The notes under the pieces: model-generated
What the model was told of the DNA's origin: nothing
The model's database searches: none
What the model saw: the letters and a program-made list of their open reading frames with translations, nothing else
Part shown: piece after piece, positions 22,464 to 32,104 of the stretch
Numbering within the stretch: position 1 is the stretch's first letter
Layout of the letters: each line of letters opens with the position of its first letter
Position numbers and translations under genes: made by a program
Assembly (NCBI GenBank): GCA_029856145.1
Contig: JAHQWK010000019.1
Span: forward strand, 86,516-150,515
Direction: 5' to 3'
Source: Promethearchaeia archaeon
Lineage (GTDB): Archaea > Asgardarchaeota > Lokiarchaeia > Sigyniarchaeales > SOKP01
Length of the DNA: 64,000 bases

Positions 22464-22602
22464 GATAATTATGTCTAAAAAAGTATATAATAATTTAAAA
22501 TTTGAAATATTAAATTCATTATTACTTCTTATGAATAAATCAAGTTAAGTTATTATAATAACAACAAACCAATCATAATTGAAATAAAAAAAGTGAATTA
22601 AT

Positions 22603-24462
22603 ATGCCGAGTTTAAATGATCCAGAATTTTTAGTTGATGAGAATAAAGTATGGTTTACAGGGGGATATTGGCCCGAAGGTATGCCCAAACAATTAAGAGA
22701 TATTGAAGATGTTGATATTTTACCAATGTGGGAATATTTTCTGATGGCTGCTGATTTATATGGGACTTGGGATAATGATATTTGTGTCTTTGTATATGGT
22801 CCATATATGGAGCGCGTAAAACTAAGAACTTTATTTGATTATGCAAAACGATTTGGAACGTTTCTCTATGAAAAACTGGGAATAAGAAAGGGTGATGTTG
22901 TTGCTATTGATTTACCGAATTCTATTAATTTTGTAGTTGCTTATATGGGCTGTCAATATATAGGTGCAATTATGCAAGGTATTAATCCAACTTACCGACC
23001 AATGGAGCTTTTACATTCTTTAAATATGACAAAAGCGAAAGTCTTTGTTATGATGGATATGCTATACATTGCAGGCCCGAAAGATATACTACCAAAAACT
23101 GATGTAAAGTTTGTAATACCTACTAATTTTGTAGATTTTCTGACTGCTGATGAGGCTATGCTTGAAAAATTGGGCATTCCAAGTGCCAGAGACAAGATAC
23201 CAGAAGAAACAGAACACTATAAAATATATTGGATGGACAAAATTATAAAGGAAACACAACCAGAAGATATCAAAACTCAGATTGATCCTTGGGCGGATCC
23301 AGCAATATATCTTATGACTGGAGGGACTACAGGGTTACCTAAAGTTGCAATGCTTTCACATGCAAACTTAAGTACCAATCTTAATATGGCTAAACCTTGG
23401 ACGCAGCTTGAACCAGGAATGTTAACTATTGGCTCTCTTCCCTTTTTCCATAGCTTTGGTATGACTTGTGTCATGAATGCTGCTCTTGGCCTAGGAATGG
23501 TTATGCTACTTTTCCCCAAGCCACCTTCTGATGATATTCTATGTGAAACAATAAACAAGATTGATACTCCTAAAGGAATAATGTATACAGGAGTAGAAAT
23601 GTTGTTCAAAAGACTAACAGATTTTGTAAATGATATGGGCGTAGAAGAATTCAAGAAAAAATATGACTTTTGGAAGAAATTAAAATATGCTACTCAAGGT
23701 GCAGGCCCATTACACGATTATGTGAGAATCCCATTTGAAGAGATCTTTTGTCCAATACGTTCTGGTTATGGATTGACTGAAACCTCTCCTATTCAGAGTA
23801 TTGCACCCTTTTGGGGGCCAACGAAAACTGGAAAATTAGGATTACCCATTCCTGGAGCTGATTGGGCCATTTTTAATTCAGAAGATTTCGACGCAGGACC
23901 TATTTGTGATGGAACTAAAGAAAGAGGAGGTTTTGGGATAGAAAATACAGGAGAAATTTGTTGTGCTGGGCCACATATCATGTTAGGATATTTAGGAAAA
24001 CAAAAAGAACAAGAAGATAATTTGAAACATTGGGGTGGGAAACGTTGGTTGCTAACTGGTGATATAGGTTTTATGGATGAGCATGGATGGGTTGAGATAC
24101 GAGATCGTAAAAAATCTTTGGTTAAGGTTTCAGGGCATTCAGTTTTTCCAAAAGAAGTTGAGGAGTTATTAGGAAAGCATACGGCAATTGATGAAGTTGC
24201 TGTTGCGGGTATACCCGACAAAATGACGGGTGAAGCGGTAAAAGCGTGGGTTACTCTTAAAAAAGGATATAAAATCGATAAGAATATAACAATTGAAGAA
24301 ATAAAAAAATGGGCTATTGAGAATATGGCAAAGTGGAAGTCGCCACGATTTATAGAGGTTGTACGAAAAATGCCAGTTAGCATGACTGGTAAAGTTCAGA
24401 GACGTGAATTACAAGAAAAAGATTTAGCTAAACTTGAACAAGGAAAATCCATTAAAGGTTAG
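22603..24462 (+). CDS. Long-chain fatty-acid-CoA ligase (ANL family)
   Basis: MTGGTTGLPK, GYGLTE, TGDIG, DRKK and GKVQRR. Confidence 0.9.
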   Translation: MPSLNDPEFLVDENKVWFTGGYWPEGMPKQLRDIEDVDILPMWEYFLMAADLYGTWDNDICVFVYGPYMERVKLRTLFDYAKRFGTFLYEKLGIRKGDVVAIDLPNSINFVVAYMGCQYIGAIMQGINPTYRPMELLHSLNMTKAKVFVMMDMLYIAGPKDILPKTDVKFVIPTNFVDFLTADEAMLEKLGIPSARDKIPEETEHYKIYWMDKIIKETQPEDIKTQIDPWADPAIYLMTGGTTGLPKVAMLSHANLSTNLNMAKPWTQLEPGMLTIGSLPFFHSFGMTCVMNAALGLGMVMLLFPKPPSDDILCETINKIDTPKGIMYTGVEMLFKRLTDFVNDMGVEEFKKKYDFWKKLKYATQGAGPLHDYVRIPFEEIFCPIRSGYGLTETSPIQSIAPFWGPTKTGKLGLPIPGADWAIFNSEDFDAGPICDGTKERGGFGIENTGEICCAGPHIMLGYLGKQKEQEDNLKHWGGKRWLLTGDIGFMDEHGWVEIRDRKKSLVKVSGHSVFPKEVEELLGKHTAIDEVAVAGIPDKMTGEAVKAWVTLKKGYKIDKNITIEEIKKWAIENMAKWKSPRFIEVVRKMPVSMTGKVQRRELQEKDLAKLEQGKSIKG

Positions 24463-24512
24463 GCACATAAGGTTATATCAACTTGATTTTTTTTAACTTA
24501 TTAATTCTTTTT

Positions 24513-24878
24513 TTAAAAACTTTTTAAAATACCCCCATTTATTAATTCAGTTAATTCTATACTTTTCGTTTTACCTGAATTCTTATAATCTGCCATTGTT
24601 ATAGAAAATAAATAGGCATCTGTGGTTTCAACTTCTACAACAAAAATTTTTCCTTTTTTTATTTGTGACACTTTATTAATTTTTAATAAGGGAATCTTAA
24701 ATCCTTCATTGAATTTATCAACGGAGGTGCCTATTTCTGTTAAACTTATATTAGTTTTTTTTATAAGTAATAATTGATGATTTGTTAATATTATTCTTCC
24801 TAATTTCATATCAAACTGCCAATTCTTACCCACTTCTCCTTCACAGAAATACCCTTCTGAATTAAAAAGCAATGACAT
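24513..24878 (-). CDS. GRAM/PH-like domain protein
   Basis: GRIILTNHQLLL...FKIPLLKINKV pattern with a C-terminal helix. Confidence 0.55.
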   Translation of the reverse strand: MSLLFNSEGYFCEGEVGKNWQFDMKLGRIILTNHQLLLIKKTNISLTEIGTSVDKFNEGFKIPLLKINKVSQIKKGKIFVVEVETTDAYLFSITMADYKNSGKTKSIELTELINGGILKSF

Positions 24879-25062
24879 GATTATTACATTTTCTTCTTTT
24901 TGTATTGAATTAATATAATCAGTTTTTTTATTTTTAATTTATTTTCTTTTACGGGTATATTACATGAAAAGTTTTTTAGATGACATCATCAATTAAATTT
25001 ATAAGAATAAATTAGTACTAAAATTATTATACATATCAAATAAATTACAATTCAGAAAAAAA

Positions 25063-25593
25063 ATGTCGTTACAAAAAACTCGAGAATTTATGCTTCAAGA
25101 AAAGATGATCTCTTTAAGGGATAAAGGTAAGATAATGAACTTAAATAAAGAAGTTATTGGCACTTTCGCTGGTAAAATAATAAAAATTGGTAATACTTAC
25201 CGTATAAGAGATCTTGATGAGAATCCTGTATTAACTGTTCATGAAAAAGTAATTTCAATGCGTTCCTCTTATAAATTCTATAAAGGTGGGGAAGAGGATG
25301 AAGACAAATACATCGGGAAACTGAAAAGAAAACTTGTGTCTATTAAACCAAGTTACTGGTTTGAGGATCCAAATGAAAATAGAGTTTTTACAATGAAGGG
25401 AAATATCTGGACTCTGAAATTTAAGATATTAAAAGACAACAAGGTTGTTGCTGAAATTCATAAAAAACTATTTAAGAGTCTAATCAAAGGAACATATGGA
25501 ATAAAAATGCCTCCTGACTTAGATGATGATTCAGCTATGCTCGTATTAGGTATAGTTTTGATGCTTCATCATGAAAAGGAAGAAAATAGATAA
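25063..25593 (+). CDS. LURP-one-related/scramblase (tubby C-terminal-like) protein
   Basis: Repeated EK.IS.R..Y beta hairpins, KGNIW..KF.I, VAEIHKK and a terminal hydrophobic helix. Confidence 0.8.
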   Translation: MSLQKTREFMLQEKMISLRDKGKIMNLNKEVIGTFAGKIIKIGNTYRIRDLDENPVLTVHEKVISMRSSYKFYKGGEEDEDKYIGKLKRKLVSIKPSYWFEDPNENRVFTMKGNIWTLKFKILKDNKVVAEIHKKLFKSLIKGTYGIKMPPDLDDDSAMLVLGIVLMLHHEKEENR

Positions 25594-25777
25594 AAACCAG
25601 TCTCTCTATCTTTTTTTTTATTTTTTTAAAGAAAGTAATACAATTTTATTTTGATTTTTTTCTTATATCTTACGGATATCACACTCATCTATTAATTTGG
25701 GATAAATTTATATTTATAAAATTTTATGTGTTGCATACAACTTTTTTATTATTTTTATCCTTTGTGGGGTATAAATT

Positions 25778-26641
25778 ATGCAAGTACAATGTAGATTGAT
25801 TAATATTGCTTGTCCAACCTGTGGTATAGAAAAAACTGTATCTATTCCAGAAACTCTATTTACAGAAAAAAAATTTGGTCATGTAAAAATCCAAGTTCCG
25901 CAGGGAGCAGTATGTCAAGATCATGTATTTGTTGTATTATTAGATGTTAAGGGAAGAATTCTTGGATACCAAACTGTCGATTTATCAGTATCATCCACAG
26001 TTGATGCAAAACCAAAAGAAGAAGTTCGTTTAGAAGAAGATGAGACATTAGGTTTAATGAGATTTATTAAGATGTTTGGATTTAGATGTTTCGCGGGATT
26101 AATTCATGCAAAATTATTTAATTACCAACTATATGTTATTATAAAAAAAGATTTCCAAATGAATATGGATGAAATAAACAATGTTCTTGATGATTTTGTT
26201 CCCGAGAAGTATAAAAATAAAAGAATTTTAAAACACGTTGAATATAATGACTATGTTTTTCCTACTGCTACCTATTTCTATGCATTGGTTAAGAACCAAA
26301 GAAAAACCGCTTTCCTTATGAATCTCCATAAACATATCATTCAAATGCCTTGGCAAACCGGTTTAGATCTTGAAAAAGGTTTTATTACTTCTGCATTAAA
26401 GAATGAGGATCCAACTGAGCAGATGAGATATATATCATTTTATATTTCCAAGTTTTTAGAAGATATTGATAAAACGAAGATAATCTTAGAACCTAAAAGG
26501 AAGATCTCTAAAAAGGATTTAATCAAAAAACTAAAAGAAATTGCAATTACATCGACTGTGACGAGGGAATATGTTACCTGTATAAAAGAATTTGTTCATA
26601 GACGAGTTTCTCCCCAAATAGCAAAGAAAATCCACGATTAA
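25778..26641 (+). CDS. Hypothetical protein with N-terminal Zn-binding module
   Basis: CPTC ... CQDH followed by VLLDVKGRILGYQTVD. Confidence 0.65.
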   Translation: MQVQCRLINIACPTCGIEKTVSIPETLFTEKKFGHVKIQVPQGAVCQDHVFVVLLDVKGRILGYQTVDLSVSSTVDAKPKEEVRLEEDETLGLMRFIKMFGFRCFAGLIHAKLFNYQLYVIIKKDFQMNMDEINNVLDDFVPEKYKNKRILKHVEYNDYVFPTATYFYALVKNQRKTAFLMNLHKHIIQMPWQTGLDLEKGFITSALKNEDPTEQMRYISFYISKFLEDIDKTKIILEPKRKISKKDLIKKLKEIAITSTVTREYVTCIKEFVHRRVSPQIAKKIHD

Positions 26642-26675
26642 AAGAGAGATAATAAGGTTAATTAAAAAAAATACT

Positions 26676-28298
26676 TTATTCATTCAAACGTTTAAAGGTT
26701 TTTCCCATTATTTTATAGATATTTAAATACTCTTTAAAGAGGTTATCATAGATCTCTCTATTTTCTGGATTAGGTGTAAAAATGTTAGATATCTCACAAC
26801 ATCTCTGGATCTCATCCCACTTAAGGTATCCCAATCCTACTGAAGCAATAAACGCAGCTCCTCGAGCATTTGCCTGAATTGGATCTTTTACTTGTTTTAT
26901 ATTTCTATCTAGAACGTCTGCGAATATTTGACACCAAATATTACTCTGAGCCCCGCCACCGATAATATTAAGTTCTGGAATAACAATATCTTTTTTTGTC
27001 ATACCAGGAGTCTCTTTTATCTTCCATTTTTGAATGAACTTTTCAATGTAGGTGAATAACCATTTGATATTATATGCTACCCCCTCAAAAATCGCTCGGA
27101 TGATATGTTCACGAGACATTTCTAAAGAAATATTATATAAACCCCCTCTAATAGTATGATCATCAATAGGTGCTCTTTCTCCAATTAACCAAGGAGTAAA
27201 AATTAAATTATTTGAACCTGCTGGTACATTCTCAACTATTCTATCAAATATTTTATATACATCAGGTACAGCTTCTTCTTTTAGCAATTCATCTTTATGA
27301 TATAAGATTTTGTCTCTAAGAAAAGTTAAAGCGCCTCCTGCCATTTCTTGCTCATTAGCAATAATATATCTGCCTGGTATTGCTGAGGGTACACTTGCCA
27401 TATTATGAGCAATATCCGTTTTTTTATAAGGTACGTGGCATGTTAACCAATCAGAAGTACCAATATAAATATAACTTTCATAATTCCCTACAGCACCAGA
27501 ACCTACTGTAGCACATGGTACATCTGGAGCACCAACAACAACTTTTGTATCTCTATTTAGTCCTATTTCATCAGCTACGTCATTTTTTAATGTTCCGAGT
27601 ATATCAACTGACGTCTTTAATTCTGGTAATTTATCTGAATCAATCTTTAAACCCTTAATTAGTTTTTTAGAATATTTTACATTTTCAATATCTCTAATAT
27701 CTGTAACCCAATGGAGGTGAATAGAACTATATGAAGCAGCATATTTCCCCGTGAGTTTTAAATTTATAAAATCTTGAGGTTCTAAAAATTTAAATGTTCT
27801 ATTATAAATCTCAGGAAGTTCATTCTTGATCCATAATATATGTGCAATAGGATCCTTACCATTATGAGATGGTCCTCCTCCAGTTCTTTTTATCCATTTT
27901 AAAATTTTACTTAAAGCATATCCTGAAACTTGGAATAAACTCTTATAGAATTTTTTAATATACTTAGCACCCCTTGTATCCATCCATATTATAGAATTCA
28001 TTAGATGATTCCCATCCCTGTCAGTTGCAACGGTTCCACTCCATTGACTAGTATTACATACTCCTACTATATCATCAATCGATACCCGTCCACTATCAAT
28101 TACTTTTTGAGATGTTTTAATAATAGCATTCCACCAGTCATCTGGATCTTGCTCTACAGCCCCTCCTTTAAACACATGTAAAGGAACTTCTTGAAAAGCC
28201 CATTCAAGAACTTCTCCTTCTGTAGACACTATAGCTGATTTTGGACCACCAGTCCCGTGATCTATTGCTAAAATGTATTTTTTTTGTGAATTAGACAT
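26676..28298 (-). CDS. FGGY-family carbohydrate kinase (xylulokinase-like)
   Basis: AIDHGTGGPK, EQDPDDWW, IIWMDTR, PWLIGERAP, RAIFEGVA and IGGGAQS. Confidence 0.92.
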   Translation of the reverse strand: MSNSQKKYILAIDHGTGGPKSAIVSTEGEVLEWAFQEVPLHVFKGGAVEQDPDDWWNAIIKTSQKVIDSGRVSIDDIVGVCNTSQWSGTVATDRDGNHLMNSIIWMDTRGAKYIKKFYKSLFQVSGYALSKILKWIKRTGGGPSHNGKDPIAHILWIKNELPEIYNRTFKFLEPQDFINLKLTGKYAASYSSIHLHWVTDIRDIENVKYSKKLIKGLKIDSDKLPELKTSVDILGTLKNDVADEIGLNRDTKVVVGAPDVPCATVGSGAVGNYESYIYIGTSDWLTCHVPYKKTDIAHNMASVPSAIPGRYIIANEQEMAGGALTFLRDKILYHKDELLKEEAVPDVYKIFDRIVENVPAGSNNLIFTPWLIGERAPIDDHTIRGGLYNISLEMSREHIIRAIFEGVAYNIKWLFTYIEKFIQKWKIKETPGMTKKDIVIPELNIIGGGAQSNIWCQIFADVLDRNIKQVKDPIQANARGAAFIASVGLGYLKWDEIQRCCEISNIFTPNPENREIYDNLFKEYLNIYKIMGKTFKRLNE

Positions 28299-28425
28299 AT
28301 TTTATATAAATGATGTTAATGCAAATAAAGATTTATTTGACGTAAATTCATCAAAATTTTTACAGATTATTTGATTCTTGAAAAAATAAACTTAATTTTT
28401 GATGGAATAATTTAGTAATTAATTT

Positions 28426-28459
28426 AGTTACCAATATAACGTAAGTTACCAATATAACG
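28426..28459. repeat. Tandem 16-bp direct repeat AGTTACCAATATAACG (period 18); candidate operator
   Basis: Exact copies at 28426-28441 and 28444-28459, each containing GTTA-N6-TAAC; 16 nt upstream of the aminotransferase start. Confidence 0.75.
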
Positions 28460-28475
28460 CTAATTTTGATTTATC

Positions 28476-29882
28476 ATGAGTAGTATGAAATATGAAGAAA
28501 TGAAAGCCAAGATAGAAAATATCGTAAATCAACCAATTAGAAAATTTAAGCCAGAGGAATTGAAAGGGATTATTGATAGGTATCATAAAAATCACCCAAA
28601 ATCTAAAAAAGCATATGAAAGAGCACGCAAAATCATTCCTGGGGGTGTTGAGCATAACCTTGCTTTTAATCACCCCTTTCCATTAGCAAGTAAGAGAGTG
28701 TATGACTGCTATATGGAGACTGTTGATGATGTCATTTTAACAGATTATTTAATGTGTGGTGGTCCTATCATTTTAGGTCATCAATATAAACCATTAATCG
28801 ATAAAGTTGTTGAAGTTGTCCAGGAATCCGGACCGAGTCATGGAATAACTAGTGAATATGAATATTTAGCAGCTGAAGAGCTACAAAAATATTTTCCTTC
28901 ATGTGAAATTATAAGATGGCTACAATCTGGGACTGAAGCAGATATGCTTGCCATAAGAATTGCCAGAACTTTTACAAATCGTAAGTGGGTAATCAAGATT
29001 GGCGGCTCTTATCATGGTTGGTCAGATCAACTTGTGTATGATATGCATGTTCCCGGTACTAAACTATTAGAATCTCATGGAATTCCAAAGACAGTTTTTA
29101 AATGGATTGATTCATGCCCTCCAAACGATATTGACACTTTGAAACAAATGTTTAAAGAAAAACGTAAAATAGCTGCTGTTATCGTTGAACCTATGGGTGG
29201 AGAATCAGGAGCAAATCCTGTAAGGCCAGGTTTTAACAAAGAAGTTGAAGAATTGTGCCATAAAAATAAAGCTTTAATGATTTCAGATGAAGTTGTCTGT
29301 GCCTTCAGGCTACACATGGGAGGAGGTCAAGCCTATTTTGGATATAAGCCTGATTTATCCGTATTTGGGAAGATTGTCGGTCACGGATTTCCTTCTGCTG
29401 CAGCTATCGGAGGAAGAGCTGATGTAATGAGTGTGTGTGCCGCTGGACATGGTGGAGGTAAAAAGGCTTATTCTGGTGGAACTTTAGCGGCTAACCCATT
29501 AACATGCGCAGCTGCTTATTATGCTATTAAATTTGTTAAAGAAACAAATGCAACAGAAAAAGTTACAAGGGCAGGTATGAAATTATCTAATGGATTAAAT
29601 AAAGTTTTTGAAAGCTATAATCTACCATGGTTCTCTTACAATTACGGAGGAACAGTTCATTTCCATACAAGTTGCTTATTTGGAATTAATTTAAATGATC
29701 CAAAACAAGCAGGACAAATACCAATAAGGAAAGACTTTATGGGTGAAATGGGGGCGGCATTAGTAGATCAAGAGATCATTTCTGTTGCAGGCAGCAGGTT
29801 CTATACATGTATACTTCATTCTGATGAAATTGTTGATGAAACTATAAAGAAAATTGATAATATATGCCAAAAAATCGAATGA
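28476..29882 (+). CDS. Class-III PLP aminotransferase (glutamate-1-semialdehyde aminomutase-like)
   Basis: IIPGGV, SGTEA, GSYHGW, IVEP, SDEVV, FGKIVGHG (PLP Lys) and GGTLAANP. Confidence 0.88.
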   Translation: MSSMKYEEMKAKIENIVNQPIRKFKPEELKGIIDRYHKNHPKSKKAYERARKIIPGGVEHNLAFNHPFPLASKRVYDCYMETVDDVILTDYLMCGGPIILGHQYKPLIDKVVEVVQESGPSHGITSEYEYLAAEELQKYFPSCEIIRWLQSGTEADMLAIRIARTFTNRKWVIKIGGSYHGWSDQLVYDMHVPGTKLLESHGIPKTVFKWIDSCPPNDIDTLKQMFKEKRKIAAVIVEPMGGESGANPVRPGFNKEVEELCHKNKALMISDEVVCAFRLHMGGGQAYFGYKPDLSVFGKIVGHGFPSAAAIGGRADVMSVCAAGHGGGKKAYSGGTLAANPLTCAAAYYAIKFVKETNATEKVTRAGMKLSNGLNKVFESYNLPWFSYNYGGTVHFHTSCLFGINLNDPKQAGQIPIRKDFMGEMGAALVDQEIISVAGSRFYTCILHSDEIVDETIKKIDNICQKIE

Positions 29883-29885
29883 GCT

Positions 29886-31148
29886 TTATATCTTAAAAGC
29901 CCATTCCCCATTTCTCATAATAGACTCGCTTTTTCCATTTTTTGTTATCCCATCAACATTCATTTTTTCTGAGCCAATCATAAAGTCAATATGTGTTTTG
30001 CTAATATTACCCCCTGCATTAGAAAACTCCTCGTTAGACATATTTTTACCATTTTTCAAAGCAAATTGAAACCCTCGACCTATAGCAATATGTGACGAGG
30101 CATTTTCATCTATAAGAGTATTATAATAAAGCATTCCTGATTGTGAAATAGGTGAACTGTGTGGAACAAGTGCAACTTCACCTAATCTTCTTGCTCCTTC
30201 ATCTGTTTCAAGTACTTTATGCAACATTTCTTCTCCTTTTTTAGCAGTTGCTTCTATAACCCTCCCATTGGAAAAAGTTAGACTAATCTCATCAATTATA
30301 ACATCTGTATGGCGAGGTTTTGTAGAAGCTACCACTCCTTCTGTCTCATCCTTATGGGTTGTTGTGAAAACTTCTTCAGTAGGTATATTTCCTACAAAAT
30401 CAATTCCACTGTGAGTTTTAAATCGTGCACTCCCCCAAATATGACCCTTAGGTAACCCTATTGCGAGATCTGTCCCAGGGCCCTCTAATTTTAATGATAC
30501 AAATTGTTTTTGATTTAAATATTTACTCCTAACTGCGAGTTGCCTGATATGTTCTTCCCAAGCAGCAATAGGGTTTTCATTTTTAACCCTGCAAATTTCA
30601 AAGATCGCATCCCAAAATTTACTTTTTTGATTTTCTTTAGGAACATCAGGAAATACTTTTTCTGTCCAACCATCAACAGGAGCACTAATCGCAGTCCAAT
30701 TTACAGCACTTTTTGATATTAAATCACTAAAAGGTTTTCTATGTTTAGCATAAGTGTTAAAAGCAGTTGCCATTAATTCTGGATCTTGACCATCGAGTAA
30801 ATCAGGATTATAAGCAACAAAGAGAAGAACAGCATCTCCTCCTGTTCCAAATTCGAATTGGCAATCCATTCGCCAAGTGGGGTATTCTTCAAAAGAATCT
30901 CTTGGAGCGTGTTCAAATCGAGTTTTCCGTAATTGATCATCTTCCCAGAAAACTTCTACATATCTTGCTCCAATTTGATATGCTTTTTTAGTAATTAGCC
31001 GTACTAAAGGAGCCAATTCTATAGGTGTTCCATAAGAATATGCAGTAGGTCCCCCTATCAGTAGACGTTGTCCAGGTTGCAGATTAAGACCAATTCTTAC
31101 AATAACTTCTGCGTATTTTTCTAAATTTTTTCCAAATTCCGAAGACAT
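29886..31148 (-). CDS. M29 aminopeptidase (AmpS/aminopeptidase T type)
   Basis: NIPTEEVFT, LGEVALV, LIDENASSHIAIG and HIDFMIG. Confidence 0.93.
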   Translation of the reverse strand: MSSEFGKNLEKYAEVIVRIGLNLQPGQRLLIGGPTAYSYGTPIELAPLVRLITKKAYQIGARYVEVFWEDDQLRKTRFEHAPRDSFEEYPTWRMDCQFEFGTGGDAVLLFVAYNPDLLDGQDPELMATAFNTYAKHRKPFSDLISKSAVNWTAISAPVDGWTEKVFPDVPKENQKSKFWDAIFEICRVKNENPIAAWEEHIRQLAVRSKYLNQKQFVSLKLEGPGTDLAIGLPKGHIWGSARFKTHSGIDFVGNIPTEEVFTTTHKDETEGVVASTKPRHTDVIIDEISLTFSNGRVIEATAKKGEEMLHKVLETDEGARRLGEVALVPHSSPISQSGMLYYNTLIDENASSHIAIGRGFQFALKNGKNMSNEEFSNAGGNISKTHIDFMIGSEKMNVDGITKNGKSESIMRNGEWAFKI

Positions 31149-31451
31149 TCAATTCACAATGACATTTTATATTTTATACTATATATTTTATTTTGTTCTA
31201 TCTCTTTTAATAGCTATCGATTTAAAACATTTAATTATAACTTTAGCATATTTTTCTAAAATTATTTCAAATTCATGAGACATTGGATTCATCTTTAATT
31301 TTTAATTGTACCCAAATACAATTAAGATCTTGTATTGGATAATGGTGAAAAAATAGTTATTAAAGATATGTTAGGGCACGCTGAGGATATTTACTGGCGC
31401 TGGTGAATCTATGATTCTATGGTGAAATTATTGTTTATAGTGTTGTGAAAT

Positions 31452-32099
31452 TTATTTAAGGAGATCCAAAGCTTTTTTAACTGCTAAAGGAGCTGTGAGA
31501 GCCCATCCATCAGCACCTTGTTGAAATGCTATATTCTCTGTAACAGGTCCACCACCTGCCATAATTTTTACTCCTTTTGCTTGCAAGTTTCTCCCTTTAG
31601 CTAATTTAACGATTTTTCCGATTTCAGGGAACATAGAGCTTAACATTACTGAAACTAGAATAAGGTTTGCATTATTTTTTTCTGCCTCTTCGATAAATTT
31701 TTCAGCGGGAACATCAAATCCCAGATCAATAATTTCGAAACCTTCTGCTTCGAATAAGTATTTAACCATATTCTTGCCAAGATCATGGATATCTCCTTTA
31801 GCAACACCAAGAACAGCAATACCTTTACTAATTGCTTTAATTTTCTCTGGGGCTATTTTAGATTTTAAAATATTTGTGCCAGCGTAAAAAGCATCTGAGG
31901 CTAAGATCATATCTGTTAAATAGACAGTTTGCTCATATTGATCTGCAATTTCTTTTAAGCCTGGATATAAACCGTTTTTTATTGCTTCGAGCGGGTCAAT
32001 CCCCGCATCTAATGCTTCCTTAGCAGCTTTTATGGCGGTTTCTTCATCAAAATTTAAAACACTTTGCTTTAGTTTATATAAAATTTCTTTTTCTGACAT
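31452..32099 (-). CDS. Corrinoid (B12-binding) methyl-carrier protein
   Basis: N-terminal four-helix cap, GDIHDLGKN (DxHxxG), DLGFDVP and MAGGGPV. Confidence 0.93.
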   Translation of the reverse strand: MSEKEILYKLKQSVLNFDEETAIKAAKEALDAGIDPLEAIKNGLYPGLKEIADQYEQTVYLTDMILASDAFYAGTNILKSKIAPEKIKAISKGIAVLGVAKGDIHDLGKNMVKYLFEAEGFEIIDLGFDVPAEKFIEEAEKNNANLILVSVMLSSMFPEIGKIVKLAKGRNLQAKGVKIMAGGGPVTENIAFQQGADGWALTAPLAVKKALDLLK

Positions 32100-32104
32100 G
32101 GTTG

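Noticed and set aside
23277-24383. Minus-strand ORFs of 125 and 196 aa
   Set aside because: Antisense to the acyl-CoA ligase and carry no motifs.
31326-31406. Peptide DLVLDNGEKIVIKDMLGHAEDIY resembling a tyrosine-recombinase box II
   Set aside because: Only 26 codons between stops, with no start codon and no other integrase motifs or att sites; chance cannot be excluded.
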